Below are positions 16,501 to 24,052 of a DNA stretch of 30,470 nt, piece after piece. Numbering within the stretch: position 1 is the stretch's first letter; the number at the start of each line of letters is the position of its first letter. The notes beneath the pieces were generated by a model. That model saw only the letters and a program-made list of their open reading frames with translations. It was not told the origin of the DNA and searched no databases. Position numbers and translations under genes: made by a program. This DNA is from Bacteroidota bacterium. GTDB lineage: Bacteria; Bacteroidota; Bacteroidia; J057; JADKCL01. The stretch is taken from assembly GCA_031375795.1 (NCBI GenBank), contig JANMIM010000558.1, forward strand, positions 1 to 30,470, written 5' to 3'.

Positions 16501-18908
16501 AAATAAGCCCCTTGAATGCCATTGCCAGCAATCGGTGCTACCCAGTCGAGTTTGCGCTGCGCATCCAAAAAAGGCACCTTGAGAAAGCCAATAAATCTAC
16601 TGTCGCTGAGCGAATTGTCTTCGATTTTCAGGCGCAAGCTGGAAAACTTGCCCTGAAAGGTATTGATGCGCGCATAATAGGGCGCCGCGTTGCTGTTCTC
16701 AAAAGCTGCGGTCAAGTCCAGGTTGAGTCCACCTGCCGTGATCCAAGAGGGCTGGAAGCCTGGCGAACTCGAGACGTAGGTGAGCACCTGCTGCTCCGTG
16801 AGGCTCAGTTGGTTTTTTTCGTCAAAATCGGTGGGTAAGAAAATGTTGTACTCTGTGATGTACACCCCCACCCAGTCTGGCTGACCTGAGAAAATCCCCG
16901 CAGGCGACTGCCCGCCCGAGAAATCGACCACAAAGCTCTTGGGCTGCAAGGTCATCTTGGTCGCAGAAAACAGGACGAGTTTCTCGCCGCCTGCCTGCCG
17001 CTCCACGACCATGTACCATGGATTGGAGACATTTTCAAACGGCACGGAAAATGGATCGCCCGACACCGTCTTGAGATTGCCGGGGAAATAGACATTGCCG
17101 GCCATTTTCAAGGTCGTGACACCGCCTGGCGCGACGATGAACTGCGAGGGTGCCTTGTATTTGACCTTGAAGCCCATGGGAATCAAGAGGTCATAACTTT
17201 GGTTTTCGGCAAATGCGACCGCGCCGCTCAAGATTTTGTTCAGGTAATTGAGGCGCACATTTTCAGCGGAGATGACCATGGCATTGCCCGGCGCATTCAC
17301 CGACAAGGGAAAACGCCACTTTACTTGGCCTTGGGCCAGAAACTCCATCGACGTGAGCACCCAGGCATTGATTTCATAGTTGCCCTCGCCATAGTCACCA
17401 AAGTCCAGCTCCTTGCTCTCAGTGCGTGGAATCACGACCTCACCGACCTTGAGTACCCATTTGTTGGCGACCATCTCGACCGTGAGGCCGCTGTAGCTCA
17501 CCTCTGTCGGCTGCTCGCCCGTTGCCAAGACAACCTTGCCCGTGCCGGAGAGGTTGCTGTACTTGGTGGAGCTCACTTTCGTGACGCTGCTGGTATTTTC
17601 TACCGTGATCATATAGGCGCCATCGGCCACCCAAAATGAATACACGACAGGTGGCGCCTTGAACTCCCATATCTCAGACTTGGCGGTCTTGAAGCCATCG
17701 GTGCTCGACTTCACCTGCCAGGCATAGTAGGCATCGGGTTCCAGCGGCTGCTCCACTGTGAGGGAACCGCCATAGATGTTGGGCATGATGTCGGTGGAGT
17801 CGTCATACCACACGCCTTGGGTGCGCGTCATGTAGGCAGCGGCAGCGGCTTGGTTGGTCACGCGCTCGCCTGCGGCAAGTTTCACGACCTTGATGTGGTA
17901 CTTGAGCTGCTGACCTGCCGTGGCATTGCTGGGGCCTCCCCACGCAAAATCAACCTTTTCGGGGTCATCGACGCGCACTTGGTGGGCGGGTGCCGTGAGG
18001 TCGATGGTGCCGTCGTTGCTGTAACCGTAGGTAAACCAGCACACAGGCGCCTTGCCGTCGTTTTCAAAGGTCGTGAGGCCATTCACATCCACCACGCGGA
18101 TCTGGAAGGCATATTTTTGGTTCAGGTCCAGCGGCAATTGCTCGGGACCGTAGGTGAAGCTCGTAGAATTGATCTCCAGCCAATCCAGGATCGGGAACGA
18201 GGTGCCGTTGATGGCATCGTTTTCGTTCATGCCAGCGGGCACCTGCACGAGCTTCATTTCGTAGCGCACCTGGATCGAGGGGTCGTGCATCGGGATCCAG
18301 TTGAACTGGATGTTTTGGCCGCCTGCTGCGGAGATCACGGCGCCGCACTGAGGCGTCACCAGCTGTGGCGGATTGTTTTGGATCAGGGTTGCGGTGTAGC
18401 AACCCGGCAGTGCGAAGGCGATCTCGCGGCCTGCGTCGAGGACCTCGACGCAAAAGGTATAGGTGCCTTCAGGAAGGCGGCCGGCATTCACCAAGTCGTT
18501 TTTGTTGGTGCCCAATACATCCATCTTGCTGAAATCGAGGAGTTGCTCGATTTGCACGGCGTCGATGAGGTTGGGGCCGGGTGTGAGCGTCACCGTTTGA
18601 TAGTATTGACGCGAGGTCTTGAGGACCAAGCCATTGCCCTCAATCGATAGGCGGATTTTGGCATCCCAGGAGGGTTCTGATTGATCCAGAAAATTCACGT
18701 TGAGGAGGATGCGTTCCTGCCCAGGCTGCATCAGGTCGGTGAGGTAGGGTGAGTAGGGCGGCTGCACCGTGAGCTGAATGACGGCTGGATACGTCTGAGC
18801 GCTTACGCGCAGTGAGAGTGCGAGAGTGAGCGCGAGGATGGACGCTGCTACAAAGCCAACTTTGCTGAGCTTGAAAAGCGAGGGGATATGTCGTGCAGGC
18901 ATTCTCAT
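13500..18908 (-). CDS. Large exported TANFOR-domain-like protein with FN3-like domains, a beta-rich body and a Cys-rich repeat insertion
   Basis: Signal peptide ending VSA-Q. YPAVIQLTVQPPYSPYLTD...LPEGTYTFCVEVLD...NNPPQLVTP...FNWIP...FTYGP...L...KYAFQIRV...FENDG matches my recollection of TANFOR (TIGR02542) N-termini. No T9SS CTD; the protein ends PEDPDRCY. Confidence 0.8.
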   Translation of the reverse strand: MRMPARHIPSLFKLSKVGFVAASILALTLALSLRVSAQTYPAVIQLTVQPPYSPYLTDLMQPGQERILLNVNFLDQSEPSWDAKIRLSIEGNGLVLKTSRQYYQTVTLTPGPNLIDAVQIEQLLDFSKMDVLGTNKNDLVNAGRLPEGTYTFCVEVLDAGREIAFALPGCYTATLIQNNPPQLVTPQCGAVISAAGGQNIQFNWIPMHDPSIQVRYEMKLVQVPAGMNENDAINGTSFPILDWLEINSTSFTYGPEQLPLDLNQKYAFQIRVVDVNGLTTFENDGKAPVCWFTYGYSNDGTIDLTAPAHQVRVDDPEKVDFAWGGPSNATAGQQLKYHIKVVKLAAGERVTNQAAAAAYMTRTQGVWYDDSTDIMPNIYGGSLTVEQPLEPDAYYAWQVKSSTDGFKTAKSEIWEFKAPPVVYSFWVADGAYMITVENTSSVTKVSSTKYSNLSGTGKVVLATGEQPTEVSYSGLTVEMVANKWVLKVGEVVIPRTESKELDFGDYGEGNYEINAWVLTSMEFLAQGQVKWRFPLSVNAPGNAMVISAENVRLNYLNKILSGAVAFAENQSYDLLIPMGFKVKYKAPSQFIVAPGGVTTLKMAGNVYFPGNLKTVSGDPFSVPFENVSNPWYMVVERQAGGEKLVLFSATKMTLQPKSFVVDFSGGQSPAGIFSGQPDWVGVYITEYNIFLPTDFDEKNQLSLTEQQVLTYVSSSPGFQPSWITAGGLNLDLTAAFENSNAAPYYARINTFQGKFSSLRLKIEDNSLSDSRFIGFLKVPFLDAQRKLDWVAPIAGNGIQGAYFNEDSLKAFSKTYNPLDTLSKVKLDINQAVFEGGDHIKMNVDLEWPKMQVKLDHAPGLKVWGNNEIGFNEPNGKRDLATQVPVSLGGMSGVADAVGAFYENGVYGFTMFTQVSLPGGITCPGAPIKVSVAGTGGAAAPNIVYTRVDGKAKSAKFRIGPIKLVMSNSLVDMDVFADYIDDDPVFGTRFEAKGNIMVKQPDPIVATARVVISQNNGTKFWYLRCAAQGLNKVIESYPAFSLNGFDFQAYHNLAAPTGMAFAKPNQFNDFWNLNAAANGVNCIDGLVVTPGVALGMYGKLGLHDTPSGKKQKSGPIKITEGLPSIGDIMPNIPGLCDLQYKGKSVCSYIRWPWEGLSLCDIHVPYLDNGAIKTKSWCDVDLFKVNWPQLQFCDLRLASGKKLGDYTLGELGFSEINICDLKLPNGSGICEFFDIGGKFCDIKDANGPLCNKKLCNLMPTLPPVCEWKFPGIKPLCNFSVGDIIPKVDLCQFVSQAGGHSVFCDWSWPDIFPDVPNPCDFRLPNGTKLCAITANWCDIIVPVMRNGAIQQVPLCEVKWWEVDWPNANVCDWKVNGQSLCNVNFKFCDLRFPLTDEKPCDLIPNFCDLEEPISGKKFCQMSIFDIDWPNFNFCDLKWPNSNRKLCNISFKYCDLKNPLNGQEPPLCNINWRKLLPSLPNICDMELKMPDGSSKKLCSIGLNIDIPSICDLKLVDDLALCKIKLPNYNLPPMPNLPPIPSIPGLPENMYQWMFMAGLRVEVQNSGAVSKIAMDGNGWFFTYRLDPNSSYLARGFGGMEIYPQQKKMEFHLEGESGSVKTDFGTIKPICAKGKIDGFFSRSDWAIDVGTRNNPLEVELGCISALSSSGYIKARPSGLLAHGEINKHAETSGGFDAGIGSIDFWAKAHLDVAAEIGLSFDDPAIFGSISADAGASAGVDVTALGVTDSYEFASVNVSGELSFKINDNLCMAGKLHGEVSILGSGIGLTVGVEVKNGSVSFPEDPDRCY
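14361..15506 (-). repeat. 16-unit C[DEQ]x(8-16)C paired-cysteine repeat (residues about 1135-1516, 32 Cys)
   Basis: Example units: CDLQYKGKSVC, CDLKLPNGSGIC, CDFRLPNGTKLC, CDWKVNGQSLC, CDLEEPISGKKFC, CDLKWPNSNRKLC, CDLKLVDDLALC. Counted by hand. Confidence 0.9.
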
Positions 18909-18911
18909 AGC

Positions 18912-20582
18912 TCAAAAGTTGAAGGAATAACCGATCGTACCGCGCATTTCGGAGAGCTTCGTCGCATTGGTCGCGTAGGCCGACTTCCTCAGGAAATCGA
19001 TGCTGGCTGTGATGCCATGGTGCTCACCGACTTTATAGTTGCCATTGAGGCGGTTGGTCCACACGGTCGAGCTCAAGGCGGCATCGTTGAATACCGATTG
19101 AAACGATGTACGGAACGTCAATTTTGCTTTTTTCTTCAATAATCCCTTCGACACACCAAATGTCGGCCCCATGAAGGTCGTGGTCGTGCCCGGCAAAATC
19201 GTGTGGGTATAGCTCAGCATCGTGTTGAAGTCCAAGCCGAGCGATTTTTTCTTGAGTGTGTGGGCCAAGGCGACATTGTAGAAATCGGTGGCGCTCTCGG
19301 GCACGATGCTGTATTCCTTGCGTCCCACTGCGTTTTGGTAGCTTACATTGCCGCTCAGGCTCTGCTTGGCATCGTCTCCACCAAAGCTATGCATCGCATT
19401 GAAGGCGGCATTGCGGGTGACTTGGTAGAAGTTGAGCGAGTCGGTGAGAATGTTTTGGTCCACCTTGAGGAAGGAGCTGAAGTTGGAGCCGTTCAAGCTG
19501 AAGTTCCAATCTTGGCTGGGGGCGAAGCCGACATTCGCGCTGTAGATAAGGCGGCTGTTGCGGGTGGCTTTGATCTGGGCGAGGTCGTTGCGCTGCCCTC
19601 CGACGCTGGCACTCAGGCTCACCTTTTGCTTGAAGAGTGAGGTGGAGCCGTTCAAGGTCGCGTCCTCGACGTCGTTGTTGAAGAAGTAGGCGCCGAGCGT
19701 GCGGTAGTCGGTGTCGATGTGCTTGTACTTGAGCGCCAGGTTCCATGCCTTGGCCTTGTAGCCAATCTTGCCTTGGTAGGCCGCGTGGCTTGCCGAGCCG
19801 CTGCGCTGCTGGAAAAATGGGCCGAAATAGGCGAGGCTGCTGCCGCCTTCGAGGCTCGCGACCGGCCCGCGGATGTCGCGGGTGATCGCGCTCTGGGCAT
19901 ATTCGGCCTCGATGTCGAGCTTCTTGCCCAGTTTTTTCTTGCCCTTGATGCCCATGACCAAGCCCTGTTCCGGAGTAACGTCGGCACTGGCGACCGGTGT
20001 CGCAATGGAGTTGATTTGGTCTTTTGCGGTGAAAATGGAGCCCTCGATGCCGTTGCCATTCTTCTCATAGCCGACCATGAGGCCGACGCCCATGCGCTTG
20101 TAGGCAGTGGTGGCACCATTGGCGAGGGCCTCGGCCTCCTCGATGGGTTTCCTGAAACGACCTGCCATCGCCGAGATTTTCCAATTCTTGGGTGTAAGGT
20201 CCACCCCGCCGCCCAAGAAAGTATGCCCTGCGAGCGTAAAGTCGCTGAAGGTCATGCTGCGCCACCCAATATGGGTCGTGATCCACTTGTATTTTGGGGA
20301 AATGCCGACTTGGTTGAAGGGCTGGGTGAAGCCGGCCTGTTGCTGACTGAAGCTGGCGCTGAAAGGTGCATCGATCACCCCGAGGAGTTTCAGGTTGAGA
20401 TTGGCTTGGAGTGCGTAGGTGAATGGTGGACGGCGACTCGGTGCCCCAAATGCCGTGTAGAAGCCTGTATTGATGTTTGCACCCCCTGAAATCTTAAGCG
20501 GATGCTTAAAATCGAACTCTTGCGCCCAGAGGGAGCTGGTGCACAAGAGTAACAGAAATACTATGAAGTAACTTCGTTTCAA
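18912..20582 (-). CDS. Outer-membrane beta-barrel protein of unknown function
   Basis: Signal peptide ending LWA-Q. Alternating hydrophobic/aromatic strands throughout. C-terminal IGYSFNF with a terminal Phe (BAM beta-signal type). TTG start; 3 nt separate its stop from the TANFOR ATG. Confidence 0.82.
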   Translation of the reverse strand: MKRSYFIVFLLLLCTSSLWAQEFDFKHPLKISGGANINTGFYTAFGAPSRRPPFTYALQANLNLKLLGVIDAPFSASFSQQQAGFTQPFNQVGISPKYKWITTHIGWRSMTFSDFTLAGHTFLGGGVDLTPKNWKISAMAGRFRKPIEEAEALANGATTAYKRMGVGLMVGYEKNGNGIEGSIFTAKDQINSIATPVASADVTPEQGLVMGIKGKKKLGKKLDIEAEYAQSAITRDIRGPVASLEGGSSLAYFGPFFQQRSGSASHAAYQGKIGYKAKAWNLALKYKHIDTDYRTLGAYFFNNDVEDATLNGSTSLFKQKVSLSASVGGQRNDLAQIKATRNSRLIYSANVGFAPSQDWNFSLNGSNFSSFLKVDQNILTDSLNFYQVTRNAAFNAMHSFGGDDAKQSLSGNVSYQNAVGRKEYSIVPESATDFYNVALAHTLKKKSLGLDFNTMLSYTHTILPGTTTTFMGPTFGVSKGLLKKKAKLTFRTSFQSVFNDAALSSTVWTNRLNGNYKVGEHHGITASIDFLRKSAYATNATKLSEMRGTIGYSFNF

Positions 20583-20641
20583 TGTGACTTAGGTGGTAAA
20601 ACAATCGTTAGTTGGCCTAAGAGGGAAAGCCAATCTATTTA

Positions 20642-20649
20642 CAAAAGTA
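20642..20649 (-). promoter_or_regulatory. Candidate Bacteroidota sigma-A -7 box (TACTTTTG) for the seven-gene operon
   Basis: Exact TAnnTTTG match about 60 nt upstream of the first start codon. No canonical -33 TTTG at the usual 19-21 nt spacing. Confidence 0.5.
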
Positions 20650-20666
20650 GGAGTTTTTATTACATA

Positions 20667-20688
20667 GTTTGGGACTTTGTTCCCAAAC
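20667..20688. promoter_or_regulatory. Perfect 8-bp inverted repeat GTTTGGGA-N6-TCCCAAAC, candidate operator
   Basis: Overlaps the expected -33 region of the candidate promoter. No U-tract follows on the minus strand, so a terminator is less likely. Confidence 0.4.
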
Positions 20689-20946
20689 CTTGCATAAATG
20701 ATCCGAAACAAAAACGATTGCCATTGCTTTTGGTGTTTTTGTTAAGTCCGGTGAAAGGTTCATGATCACCTGCGACCTAGAGACGTCTTCTGATACTGAT
20801 ATCCGAAGTTCGAAATCAAGAACATGAAGGTGATATTGGGACATGCTGCCACGCTGTCCAAGATAATGTTTTGCTTTTTCTTACATAACGGGTCACGTGC
20901 GAGAAATCAATTGCATTCACAAGTGGGCGATGGGGAAACGTTTCGT

Positions 20947-21648
20947 CTAGCGCTTCCTCGCTTGTATCCACGCGAGGACTTCCTCTCTCGCAGACCTGGT
21001 CACGACGATGTCCATGCCATCGACCGTGACGGTATGGGCGTTCACGGCATCGACGTGCTTGAGTTGCACGATTGCGCTGCGATGCACGCGCAAGAAGCCG
21101 GGAGGAAGCTTTTCCTCCCATGCATGTAGGCTCTCGCGCACAATGAGGGGCGGGGCGCCCTTGCGATGCAGCTCGACATAGACGCGGTCGGCCTGGAGCA
21201 ATGTGATCTCGCCGTAAATGACTTTTTTGAGCTGCGTGCCGACCTTCACAAAAGTATGGTCGCCCAAGGGATTGGGCGCTGCATTGGCCAGCGCGACCTC
21301 GATGCCCGCATGAATGTCACTCGGCTTGAATGGCTTGACCAAAAACCCGGCGGGATGGGCGTCGGTGGCCCGCTGGATCGTGCCGCTGTCGGAATGGGAG
21401 GTGAGGAAAAGGTAAGGAATGCCGTACCGCGCCTGAATCTCGTGGGCCAATGCGATGCCATCCATGCCCTGCCCCAAGGTGATATCAAGCAGCGCCAAGT
21501 CAGCCCCGCCATCCGCCAAGATCTGTAGCGCCTCCTCGGCATCAAAGGCATGGCCCGCGACCGCATAACCCAAGCCGCTGAGGATCTGCATCAGGTTTTG
21601 GGCAATGATAAACTCATCCTCTACGATCAAGATGCGCTTGCTGCTCAT
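20947..21648 (-). CDS. LytTR-family response regulator (REC + LytTR)
   Basis: ILIVEDE, DLALLDI (phospho-Asp), FLTS and FLVKPF receiver motifs. C-terminal FLRVHRSAIV LytTR motif. ATGA overlap with the kinase stop. Confidence 0.95.
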   Translation of the reverse strand: MSSKRILIVEDEFIIAQNLMQILSGLGYAVAGHAFDAEEALQILADGGADLALLDITLGQGMDGIALAHEIQARYGIPYLFLTSHSDSGTIQRATDAHPAGFLVKPFKPSDIHAGIEVALANAAPNPLGDHTFVKVGTQLKKVIYGEITLLQADRVYVELHRKGAPPLIVRESLHAWEEKLPPGFLRVHRSAIVQLKHVDAVNAHTVTVDGMDIVVTRSAREEVLAWIQARKR

Positions 21649-23729
21649 GCGGTTTTGGGTTCAAAGTTAACGACAAACTTGGCGCCGCCCCACTCGGATT
21701 TCTCGATGCTGAATTGTGCCCGGAGCTGCCGCGACAATCCACGTATCAAATTGATGCCCAATGAGCTGGATGCAGCTGCATTCCAATTTGCGGGCATGCC
21801 CGGCCCATCGTCCTCGACCACCAAGCTATAGCGCTGGCCCTCAGCCCGCCGCAGGCTCAGCCGCAACCGACCGTCCTGCCGCCCCACAAAGGCATACTTG
21901 TAGGCATTGGTGAGCAACTCGTTCAGGATCAGGCCGAGCGGCACCGCCTGATCGATGCCCAGGGCGCATTCCTCCAGCTCAAAACTGAGTGCGACATTCC
22001 CTTGCGTCTGAAACATCGCCTGAATCTCGGTCGCCAGCTGGCGCAAGTACACATCAAAATGCAGCGCTGCCATGTGCTCTTGCTGGTAGAGCTTTTGGTG
22101 AATGAGCGACATGGACTGAACCCGGCCCTTGCTCGCCTGCAAAATCTCGCGCGGGCTCTGGCCATCGGTTTGGTCGGCTTGGATGTCGAGCAGGCTGATC
22201 ATGATCTGCAAGTTGTTTTTGACGCGGTGGTGTACTTCGCGCAGCAGCACCTCCTTGTCGTCGAGCGCCTGCTGGATGGAGCGATTTTGGGACTGGATCA
22301 ATACATTTTGGGCATGGAGGCGGCGGGCCTGCCGCCTGAAAATGACCAAGCCGCCCGCTGCCAGCAGCCCCAGCGCCATCACACCGATGCCTGCCAGCAA
22401 GATGCGCTCGCTCTTGAGCTGCTCGGCATGCATCTCGGCCTCGTGGGCCGCCGCCGCCCGGTGGTCCTTGGCCAACTGCACGAGGCTGTCGGCGGTGTGC
22501 TGATGCTCAAAGCGGTTGCGCTCCTCGATGCGGGCGATCGCGTAGGCATTTTCCGCACCCGTGAGACTATCCTGCCAATGCACGTATTGCTGGTAATACT
22601 GAAAAGCCTCCTTGTAGCGACCTGCACCTGCTGCACTGCGCCAGAGGCAGTCGCAGGTGTTTGCGATGGCATTGAATTGGCCGAGTTCCTGGGCGAGGCT
22701 GTTGGCCTTGCCACAGGACTGGAACGCCTGGTCGTAGCGCTTGCTTTTGAGGTAGACAAAGCCCAAGACCTCATAGGCGAGTCCCATCGAGATCACATCG
22801 CGGTCTTGCTCGGCGATCTGGACGGCTGCCTGCGCGGCGGGCAGCGCGCGATCGAGCTGCCCGAGCATGGCATACACCTGTGCGACCTCAGCGCTCGCCT
22901 TGGCCTCCACGCCACGCAAGCCTGCCGCTTGGGCGAATGCCAGCGCCTCTTGGTACCAGCAAAGCGCCTCCAAGGTGTCGCCGCCTTCCTTGGCTTGGGC
23001 GCCGAGGGCAAAGATGCTGCGTGCGATCAAGCCCTGCGATTGGGCCTTGCGGGCTGCCTCCAGCGCTTGGTAGAGGTAGTCGCTCGCCGCGCCCTCCTCT
23101 CCCATCATGACATACAATTCGCCCAGCGAAAGCAAAATGTTGGGCAGGAAGTTGTAGATGCTGTCGCGCTCGCTCTGGTCCCGGGCTGCGAGCAGCAGCG
23201 CCAGACTCTCGGGGTAGCGGCCCAGGGTGCGTTGGATCATGCCGACATTCAAGCTCAGCTTGATGATCGTCTTCGGCACATCGATCAGCTTCGCCAGCCG
23301 CAAGCCCTCCGAATAAGCCGTCAAAGCGCTGTCCGCTCGCCCCGTGGCTTCAAACGCATTCCCCAATTGGTTGTAGCTGTCGGCGATCTGCAAGCTATCG
23401 CCGGAGCTCAGTGCAAGATTGAGCGAGCGACGTGCGAAATAAGCGGTGCTATCGAGCTTGTTGAGGCGAATGTAAATGGCGGATGTGATCGCGGTTACCT
23501 TGGCTTGCAGCGCGATGTTTTCCTCTTCGGTGGCGGCCTGGAGGGTTTGCGCTGCGAGGCTGTAGGCTGCGGGAGGATTGGTTTTGGCTAGGCCCTCAAG
23601 TGTTTGGACTTGGGTTTGGAGGTCGGGTTGTGGTTGCTGCGCCCAGACGCAAGACAGGATCCCCGATGCTCCCAGGAGTATGGCGAGTGCGCGCATCGCC
23701 CGTGTCATCATGAACGTGAACCATCTCAT
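21645..23729 (-). CDS. Membrane sensor histidine kinase: extracytoplasmic TPR array, TM helix, HisKA_2 and HATPase_c
   Basis: LLREVHHRVKNNLQI H-box, ELLTNAYKYAF N-box, DDGPG and SSLGINLI G-boxes. TPR-like helices (ADSYNQLGNAF, LNVGMIQRTLGRYPES). TM ILLAGIGVMALGLLAAGGLVIF. The start is more likely 23729, 23711, 23708 or 23696 than the track's 23996. Confidence 0.92.
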   Translation of the reverse strand: MRWFTFMMTRAMRALAILLGASGILSCVWAQQPQPDLQTQVQTLEGLAKTNPPAAYSLAAQTLQAATEEENIALQAKVTAITSAIYIRLNKLDSTAYFARRSLNLALSSGDSLQIADSYNQLGNAFEATGRADSALTAYSEGLRLAKLIDVPKTIIKLSLNVGMIQRTLGRYPESLALLLAARDQSERDSIYNFLPNILLSLGELYVMMGEEGAASDYLYQALEAARKAQSQGLIARSIFALGAQAKEGGDTLEALCWYQEALAFAQAAGLRGVEAKASAEVAQVYAMLGQLDRALPAAQAAVQIAEQDRDVISMGLAYEVLGFVYLKSKRYDQAFQSCGKANSLAQELGQFNAIANTCDCLWRSAAGAGRYKEAFQYYQQYVHWQDSLTGAENAYAIARIEERNRFEHQHTADSLVQLAKDHRAAAAHEAEMHAEQLKSERILLAGIGVMALGLLAAGGLVIFRRQARRLHAQNVLIQSQNRSIQQALDDKEVLLREVHHRVKNNLQIMISLLDIQADQTDGQSPREILQASKGRVQSMSLIHQKLYQQEHMAALHFDVYLRQLATEIQAMFQTQGNVALSFELEECALGIDQAVPLGLILNELLTNAYKYAFVGRQDGRLRLSLRRAEGQRYSLVVEDDGPGMPANWNAAASSSLGINLIRGLSRQLRAQFSIEKSEWGGAKFVVNFEPKTA

Positions 23730-23876
23730 TTGTTGCAAAATACAGCTTTGTTCCAACAAATTGAACCCCAAGCGCCAAACTCCACGCATCCCGAAGCCGA
23801 TTCTGCCGCATTCATTCCCTGGTATGCTGTCAAGGCTAAAATCAGGGTTTTCTTCCTCCTCGCAAACTTTGGTTGC

Positions 23877-23967
23877 CGCGCCGAAGGTGCCGTCTCTGGG
23901 TAGCCGGATGCGTAAGCGTCCGGTGAAAGTGCCATCCAAAGTGTTACGCGCCGAAGGCGCCGTCTCT
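23877..23967 (+). repeat. 21-nt direct repeat pair (20/21) enclosing a GTAG-hairpin REP-like element
   Basis: CGCGCCGAAGG[T/C]GCCGTCTCT at 23877-23897 and 23947-23967. GTAG-CCGGATGC-GTAA-GCGTCCGG at 23900-23923. Confidence 0.6.
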
Positions 23968-24052
23968 TTTTCAAAGTCGCCTTTTAGCCTTGACACGACA
24001 CTAGAGTCGTGTCAAGTTCAACACAGGCGTTTCAACAAGAAATGGTTTGTTG

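Noticed and set aside
20824-21129. 101-aa plus-strand ORF in the promoter gap
   Set aside because: It overlaps the LytTR gene antisense and has no recognisable features.
30-23591. Long plus-strand ORFs (e.g. 30-1082, 1482-4652, 5653-6885, 7618-9210, 11605-12930, 15018-16052, 22002-23591) and many short alternative-frame ORFs
   Set aside because: They lie antisense to or out of frame with well-supported genes, show no recognisable motifs, and are expected shadows of GC-rich, repetitive coding sequence.
23877-23967. Mini-CRISPR array
   Set aside because: Only two 21-nt repeats, a 49-nt structured spacer, and no cas genes.
23730-23996. 89-aa N-terminal extension of the histidine kinase in the ORF track
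   Set aside because: It precedes the signal-peptide-like segment and runs through the repeat/REP-like region; a downstream ATG fits better.
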